A stretch of 64,000 nucleotides of DNA from Perkinsela sp. CCAP 1560/9 (taxonomy: Eukaryota > Protista > Euglenozoa: Kinetoplastea). The notes under the pieces were generated by a model. The model made no database searches, was not told the origin of the DNA, and was given only the letters and a program-made list of their open reading frames with translations. Position 1 is the first letter of the stretch, and each line of letters opens with the position of its first letter. Below, one piece after another: positions 57,015 through 64,000 of the stretch. A program made the position numbers and the translations under genes. The stretch lies in NCBI GenBank assembly GCA_965644495.1, contig CBFFSA010000001.1:1798001-1862000 (forward strand), in the 5' to 3' direction.

Positions 57015-58109
57015 TTATGATTAAGAAAAACTTCAAGAAAAACGTTTAGCAGAAGATAAACTCTATTCCTATACTAAATGACTTTAGAACACAAGGTCTA
57101 CAACACTGAGTATAAATCTGCTTTACCATTTTTATTTCTGTCAAAAAAATCGAAAAACAAAAACCGAAAGTCACAAAGGAATAGCAAAAACTTTGAGTAC
57201 CTGTAGGTTTCTGTGAATCGCTGTGAGTCGCTGTGAGTCGCTGTGAGTATTTTTTTGCGACGAAAAATGGCGATCTAGAGACTCACCAATGCAACGCGCA
57301 AGGCGAGGTTGAAATCATCGACTGGAACGGAGAATCGTATCACACCGGAGAGCTCGACTTCTCGTCACTCCCCGACTCCCTCTGTACAGTGATTGTGGAA
57401 ACGTGTGCGTTCAGCGGCCCCGTGGCGCTGGATCACTTACCCCGTAAATTGATATTCCTCGATGTAAGTAATAATGATTTTACCGGAACACTCGACTTGG
57501 GTTCCCTGCCGTTGTTTATCGAGAGTTTGTATCTCTACCGCAATGCCTTCTCCGGAGAGATTTCTTTGGTAGCGCTGCCGGCTCACCTTGTCGTGCTCGA
57601 TTTAGATAACAACAGACTCTCCGGGGGCATTGATTTCACGCTGCTTCCGAACAGGACCGCGTCCTTGATTTTATCTCGGAACCGATTTACCGGATCTGTG
57701 TGTTTAGAAAAGCTCCCTGGAAGTATAAAGCAGCTGTTGTTGCAGCACAATCAATTTTCAGGTGAACCGAGATTGGGGAAGCTTGCCGATGGACTGGAAG
57801 TGCTGCGCTTAAATAATAATCAATTTTCCGGTCATGTGGCGTTTCCACAGCTTCCAGGATCGCTACACGGGCTTTACTTGGAGTGGAACAAAGATTTGGA
57901 GGGTGAGTTGATAAAGTCAAATTTTCCCGCGCATTTACTAAATAAGATTGATGTCACAGGTACCCGTATTTCAATAATAGAATAGTACTACAATCCAGAC
58001 AGCAGAGTTCTGTGGCAATGTCATTTATAGAAATTAATGAGAAGAGGAGGATGAATTCCTGTGTACTAGTACCCACAATAGTCTTATCTTTTAGTCTTAT
58101 CTTTTACCC

Positions 58110-58646
58110 ACAGTACGTGAATTTAAGGTGCCGCATAATGAAGTGACCGGGGGTAGTACTGTGGCGCATGCTGCCGTCTGACCTTACACATTTTATTATT
58201 GAAGTCAATAAATTTTTGTTCGAAGGCGAATTAAGTTCGAGGCAAATCAGTTATCAAATACATTAGAGCTCGCTTTGGATGACAACGATTTCGAGGATAG
58301 TGTAGATCTGACTAGCTTAGGGCAGAATATGGGCTCCTTTCTGGTTTCGCGGAACAGCTTCTCGGGGGAGATTAATCTCAGCTGTCTTCCGGCCTTTATT
58401 ACTACGGTTGGTTTGTCGCGCAACGCATTCACCGGAACACTCGAATTGAATCGTCTACCTCCGAGTATTGAATTTCTGAACTGCTCACACAACAATTTTT
58501 CAGGGATGGTGCAGTTGGACAGCCTACCAAAGAAATTAATGGAATTAAATCTTGTGAACAACAGAGAACTGTATGTCAACATCAAGTATCGCGCTCAACA
58601 GCACACAACGACTGTCATTCGACTGCGGGGTACAAAAGGTGCATGA
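58110..58646 (+). pseudogene. 5'-truncated LRR pseudogene (43431-like subfamily)
   Basis: VREFKVPHNEVTG relic, then DDNDFEDSVDLTSLGQNMGSFLVSRNSFSG...LRGTKG. Confidence 0.8.
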
Positions 58647-59011
58647 CTTTTGAAATTGATATAAACTTCACTTCATGTTTTTCGTTTACTTCTCTTTCGT
58701 GATTTATTTCATCCTTTTCGTTGTTTATACATTGTATTCTCTTTTTGTAGCAGTCTTGTAGTAATTTGTAGTAATTTCCCACAAATTGAGTCCAAGGTGT
58801 GCAAGGGAATTGTGACAAGACTCTGCGCTACGGGAACGAGATCTATCGAGCGCAAAAAAAAATACACGATGTGATATACAGGGGTGAAAATCCCATGGTG
58901 GGACCCCTGTATCTTACATGACTCAATTTTGCGACGCAAATCCTTTTAAGCACTATTCTTTCAAAAACGTCGTTTTTTTCATGCGAATTCAGATTTCATA
59001 AAGATTACTCG

Positions 59012-59896
59012 ATGCTCAGTTTGTCTGGTAGAGACGACGGTTCCGATCTACGCCGTGGTAAGGTAACGGCTCTGCTACTCCCCCAAGAAGATATGCTGGA
59101 ACGTTTCCTTTCAAACGTAACAGAAAAGCACGACTCTTGGCGTACGACAAAGAAAAATTGGTTTGGCCGTGTCGAGCGTATCTCCGCGTGCTCTTGGTTG
59201 GGTTTTACATGCAATGAGCATCAGCAGGTGGAAAACATACATTTCACGAGGAAAAGACTAAAGGGCTCACTACAGTGGGAATATCTGCCGCCCACAATAT
59301 TATCTTGCAACGTGGCGGAGCACGACTTCACAGGATCTCTGTCGCTCCATGCACTACCGAGCCGGATGATTGAACTCAAGGCAAAAGGCAACAAATTCAG
59401 TGGTGAGTTATGCTTAACCCGTCTTCCCGATACACTGACATATCTCAATTTGGCTAAAAACCTTTGCGAAGGAAGTGTCGATGTGACGCAATTGCCAGCA
59501 GGCTTGATAAGCATACTCCTGTCACAAAATAACCTATCCGGGAATGTTGACTTATCACGGCTGCCGCAACATCTGAAAACTCTTATCTTGTCTGATAATG
59601 AATTCACCGGACCCCTGGATTTACAGCACTTGCCCCTAGGAATAGATTGGATAAGAGTATCGCACAACAACTTTTCTGGGCTACTTGATTTGCAGCATTT
59701 ACCTCCCGCGCTCTACTTTCTGGATTGCGATCGGAACTGTTTTTCTGGGTTAGTAGAGTTTGATAATCTTCCTCTGAAATTAGCCAGAATCAACTTAAGC
59801 TGCAACAAAGATCTTTACGGGGCGCTTCCTCAATCGGTTTTGGCGAACCGACGAAGGATCCACGTAGGAGGAACGGCAATTCTAGTTGTATCATAA
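59012..59896 (+). CDS. Short LRR protein (array family)
   Basis: 294-aa ORF with RGKVTALLLPQEDML, SACSWLGFTC, LRR repeats and VGGTAI. Confidence 0.9.
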   Translation: MLSLSGRDDGSDLRRGKVTALLLPQEDMLERFLSNVTEKHDSWRTTKKNWFGRVERISACSWLGFTCNEHQQVENIHFTRKRLKGSLQWEYLPPTILSCNVAEHDFTGSLSLHALPSRMIELKAKGNKFSGELCLTRLPDTLTYLNLAKNLCEGSVDVTQLPAGLISILLSQNNLSGNVDLSRLPQHLKTLILSDNEFTGPLDLQHLPLGIDWIRVSHNNFSGLLDLQHLPPALYFLDCDRNCFSGLVEFDNLPLKLARINLSCNKDLYGALPQSVLANRRRIHVGGTAILVVS

Positions 59897-60140
59897 AACA
59901 AAAACATTCCACTGCTAGAAGCGCTAAAAGCAAGCCCATTTGTTCCGATTATTTTGTCCAAATATCTGCAGTTTACTTCATGAACAACTAGTGTAAAAGA
60001 TATTCTGTGAAACTCGGATAGTGCAACAGTGATATACGGATAAATGATTTCATTTTCAAAAGTTTCGATTCTTTTTCAACCTATTTTGCACAAGGAACAG
60101 TCTTGTACTGTGTATGGCTGAATCTTTACCTCAACGTAAT

Positions 60141-60215
60141 CGCTTGGGAAAAGCGAAGGCCAAACTAACTGGGGAATATTATTTAGCGCAATTTCTATAC
60201 GACATTGACAATACG
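60141..60215 (+). pseudogene. N-cap fragment of an LRR gene (4794-like)
   Basis: cgcttgggaaaagcgaaggccaaacta...gaatattatttagcgcaatttcta..gacattgacaatacg. Confidence 0.7.
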
Positions 60216-61644
60216 GTCAAATCTCCCTTTTTTCCCTAAGATTTTTAAAGATTTTGAAGGGCAGCCTGTATACTAAAATTATTTATTTGTATTTCGTCTG
60301 TTCATCTTTTGGGGGCTGGGATAAAGATCATTCGTGCTCTCATTTTCCCATTACGCTCATTTATGTGTTGTCCACACAGTATCGATAACCTCCCGAGCTC
60401 TATAAGTGCGCTACACCTTTTCTCAACCTCGTGTTCCACAATTTGAGCTTTATAACTTTTATTTTCTATAAATTCCGCCGAATGGCTTCGCGTAAATAAG
60501 TGTAAGTCAACGTCCTCTCTTTCGCCAATACTAACATACAGTGTAGAAGGATCGTTAAATCAGTGAACCTGAAAAAACTTGAAAATTTTATTTTTGAAAC
60601 GGAACACGAGCATTTTGGCCACGGGGCCGGCCACTGGGTTGATTTCCGCTTTCTGTGAAGTTACCACTTCAGGGAGTTCGCGTGACTTCTTTCCCGAAAC
60701 GCTTTCAGGTAATTGCACATTCGCTTCCACCGTTTCGATCTCTGATGAGTGTTTTTCCAAACGTTCTTTAAGTATTGCGTTCTCCTCACCTTCCTTGCCA
60801 AGCTCAGCAGCCACCTTCGCTGCATCCATCTCTTTCTTTTTCTGTGGCACCACTGTACGAACGTTACTGGGCATATAACAAATAACAGATCAGAAGACAA
60901 CACTGAACATTTCAACTCCTTTTTCGGTAATCTAGTCTACCATTCGCGTATTTATGCCTTACATACAGGCCCGATCTCGATGTAAATTTACAATAAAAAC
61001 AAATTTGCCAAATGGGTCGTTGATGCGAACCTTGAAGGTGCAAAACCAACAAAGCACAGGGACAGAATACGATACATGTACATGTAGCCTGGCATGAAGG
61101 CAGCAAGCTATTCGTGTACGCTACTCAACATTCAGGATAATACAAGTGTAAACCCCTCAACAAGAATAAGGCACCCCTCCTTGTTTTTCGCGACCAGGGA
61201 CCCATGGGGTCTCTCAACATTTCTGTGAAATATATGCGAAGATATCCGGAAGCAAAGAAGAAGATATCCGGAATCAAAGACACAAATAGACAACAGGTTG
61301 ACACAGAAGAAAAAAACATTATGTCGAACAAAAAATATAAACGAATCATTTCTGTTAAGGATATTGATGGAGACTAGCGCTAGATACATTGCAGGAAGAC
61401 TAAGCAAGTCGGGCGTATTTCCCCCTGGTTAATCTTTTCTGATGAGTACTTCGGGTGAGTTTCTTCATTTTTTTCTGTCATGCCAGGCCTGGTTCCTGTC
61501 ATCCCGAAATCAACAAGTAAACGTGAGTGATACAGACTACATTGCGATATCTTAGACCAGCAACATAAAATGTCATGTATATCCCAGGACCATAAATTAT
61601 ACTTTATGTTCCTGATCTAAGACCCGTCACTCCGCAGCATCCTA

Positions 61645-61950
61645 GCGAGGGCCCAATTCCCTAGGGAATATTGCGGTGGTTGTATAACTACCGCTTTACC
61701 CTCGATTATGGCAAAAAAAGGGAACAAAAAGAAATTTCCTTTTTACTCGCTTCGTTAAACGCGGGGGTAGTGTTCAACGCGAAGCGCGCAGCAGTGGTGC
61801 ATTTTAAGTTGAAAACAACCACCGCGTTTAACGAAGCCACTAAAAAATAAAATTATTTAGCTCAATTTCTATAGGACATTGACAATACGCATCCCTCCTG
61901 AACTACGGATACTCCCATGTGCGAGTGGGGCGGAGTAGAATGTAGCAAAG
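61645..61950 (+). pseudogene. N-cap fragment of an LRR gene split by a mini hairpin element
   Basis: ARAQFPREY|YLAQFL*DIDNTHPS*TTDTPMCEWGGVEC after removing 61670-61851. Confidence 0.75.
61670..61851 (-). mobile_element. Minimal 182-bp version of the hairpin-terminated element (both ends, almost no body)
   Basis: The attgcggtggttgtataactaccgc terminus is joined through about 50 bp to the 100-bp fold-back. Confidence 0.8.
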
Positions 61951-62550
61951 TAACCCCGCATATATTGCAACGCCCTTTCTTAATTGAGAACTCTGTCCGA
62001 TTCAATGTTCATTATTGCCGTTCCCGGACAGATTTTAGAAACCACCTCTGTAGAGTGCTCCAAATCTGGTCGCCCACTCAGGGCTTCACGTACTTCGCAG
62101 TTTTACATGTTCAGTGGTTCAAGACTCGTACTGAACACGGGGGGTTTCAGACAAGCTTGTATAAGCTTACCACACCGTGGGTCATCACGTGTGCGTATTA
62201 CGGACCGAAATGCTTCTCAAAATAAATCTCAAAGAACTTTTGCGCTTTCTGTCGATTCGTGGTCCTTCAAGTTCGAAGGCTGATTGTGTACCGCGTTACT
62301 GAATTTTTGCACAGCAAGTTCGTCCCGTAGAGGAACAAGGACAGTGAGGAGGGACTTGCTCGATATCACAACGTTCAACAGCAGCGAGGAGACGACGAAT
62401 GACTTGTACCTCGCGGGGGTGAAGTCGTTAACGGGGTCAGATTGAACGAAGATGATGAAGATTGAACGATAATGCTAGAAAGGACATTTTTCTAAGTCGC
62501 ACAAGGGACATCCATAAGATCTCGACGGAAAGGTCTTGTATTTGGAAATA

Positions 62551-63420
62551 CAGGGGGGTGCACGAAATATGGGGGGGGGGGGGTCAAAATTCTTATAACT
62601 CGGCCAATTTTGGAAAATAATAGCGCATTCGAGAGCTCTCGCAGAGTTACATGTCATGTGATAATGCGTTTCCCGCATTTTTTAATTTTTTTAAAAAATT
62701 AAAAAAATCATGATTTTTCAAAGTGCAGAATTCTGCAGTTTTTTGAATTAAATACTTTTTTTTGTGAATTTATAGACTTTTTTGATCCTAATACACTACC
62801 ATGCCCAAGAAAAGGTCATATTCGAATAATAAAAAGGTGCAGAAACGGAGTAGATTTTGTTATTCGCCTCGTGGGCAACTTAAAGCATCTCATAGGATAC
62901 TTTTGGTTAAAAAATTTGAGGAAACTAATTCTTTTTCAGCTGTCGCCAAGACGTTTAGGTGTCACGAGGACACTCAAGCGTTGGGTGCAGCGTTAAGAAG
63001 AGACTGGTGAGGTCGATAGGTCTCCCTATAAAACTCGCCAATCTCCTGTAATACCGTTACCCCCCCTTACTTATCCAGGTACGCTACTTTACCCTATAAA
63101 ACTCGCCAATCTCCTGTAATATCTGACCCTCTGTTGAAGCGAGCACTCAATCTTATTGATCAAGCAACAAGGAATGAAACCTATGGTATCGCTTCTTGGG
63201 GTCACCTTCTGAACCTACTTGTAGGAGAGGGTTTCAGGTGCTCCCGTCGCGCTCTGATACGTTCCCTCAAGAAGGAGGGTATCATATCACGCACAGTCCC
63301 CCGAAACCCTGCACTCACAAAGGAGCACAAAAGGAATCGAGTAGAGCTATGCCAGGAGTTGGCAACATGGACCCCTGCTCAGTTTGAGGCTATCGTCTCA
63401 AGTTTGAGACGATTTCTTAC
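62551..63420 (+). mobile_element. Tc1-like transposon left end and decayed HTH region
   Basis: ta|CAGGGGGGTGCACGAAAT terminus; NSFSAVAKTFRCH...EETGEV; SRRALIRSLKKEG...PALTKEHKRNRVELC...WTPAQFEAIV. Confidence 0.75.
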
Positions 63421-64000
63421 GTAGTCTCCTTCCCTTTTGCGATCGCAATGGAAAATTTGGTTGGACGAAGCATACCCTACAAGTTGAATTAATCCGAGCT
63501 GGTATAGAGGAAAACCCAGGCCCGAAGCGCCCACGCGGCCGGCCCAAGGGAAGCAAAACAAGAGTTAAGGGAGTGTTGAATCTGGAAGAAGTTCACCCTG
63601 GAAGCCCTTGTACATCTGGGGCCTCAGAAGCAGTCCCACGTGGGACCATACTGGAGAAGATGGCTGGAGGAATATTCGAATTGTTCAACCAAAGAGGTTC
63701 AATCGGAATCGCATATGACAGAAACTGTGTAATACGACAAATCTTCCGCCTCGTCAACTCCACGAAATACAAAGCCTGTGGGAAACATACATATCACTGA
63801 TTACACGACCTAGTCTGCGTAAATTGTATCACATGCAATTACCGTGTTGGAAGGAATTATGCGGTGGAATATGCAGAGACTTTGAAATACAACACACAGA
63901 CGCAAAAGCAAAGATGCTATTGTAACTTACAAGCCACTTACTCCAGGGTGTGTTCTTTGCGCCTTTAATATTTTATGACCCGGTCGGTGCGGGTAACTGG

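Larger units (their letters stand above)
54657..57287 (-). mobile_element. PIF/Harbinger-superfamily transposon, apparently intact
   Basis: Short TIR GGTGAGT/ACTCACC, a 3-bp TSD (AAT), two long open ORFs and subterminal ctgtgagt repeats. Confidence 0.88.
54482..57985 (+). pseudogene. LRR gene interrupted by a PIF/Harbinger element
   Basis: Joining 54482-54656 to 57291-57985 gives an open 289-aa LRR ORF (...TPACEWSGIQ|CNAQGEVEIIDW...). Confidence 0.9.

Noticed and set aside
61439-61470. CTGATGAG followed by a TTCG loop read as a hammerhead ribozyme
   Set aside because: No correctly placed GAAA core or closing stems.
60178-61889. 38-bp near-direct repeat read as a long TSD around 60216-61851
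   Set aside because: LRR N-cap sequence continues upstream of the mini element at 61645-61672, so these are two paralogous LRR fragments.
63718-63735. Minus-strand acagtttctgt read as a second SL relic
   Set aside because: Only about 11 nt match, and the flanks do not fit the SL.

Overview
Eukaryotic, repeat-rich window, most consistent with a trans-splicing euglenozoan (kinetoplastid-like). All host genes are intronless and on the + strand. There is a spliced-leader-like sequence at 37959-37988, plus relics of CRE-clade and TATE/DIRS-like retroelements. The backbone is a co-oriented array of about 19 short leucine-rich-repeat (LRR) loci: 11 intact ORFs of about 250-330 aa and 8 disrupted or fragmentary copies. 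They share an N-cap (G[KR]xxxxxLPQEYxL...SWxxxTPACEWxGVxC), 23-aa LPxxLxxLxLxxNxFxGxxDLxx repeats and a GTxI C-cap. One ABCF2/ARB1-type gene with large low-complexity expansions sits inside the array, preceded by three truncated copies of its 5' end. The spacers hold a dense, nested set of mobile DNA: Tc1/mariner transposases with unusual D-E spacing, pogo, hAT-like, PIF/Harbinger, Kolobok-like, Sola-like and Merlin-like elements, a bacterial-type IS30 transposase relic, and a hairpin-terminated element family that looks rolling-circle-like. Four LRR copies are interrupted by insertions whose empty sites can be reconstructed. All family assignments come from motif recognition by eye; no database search was run.
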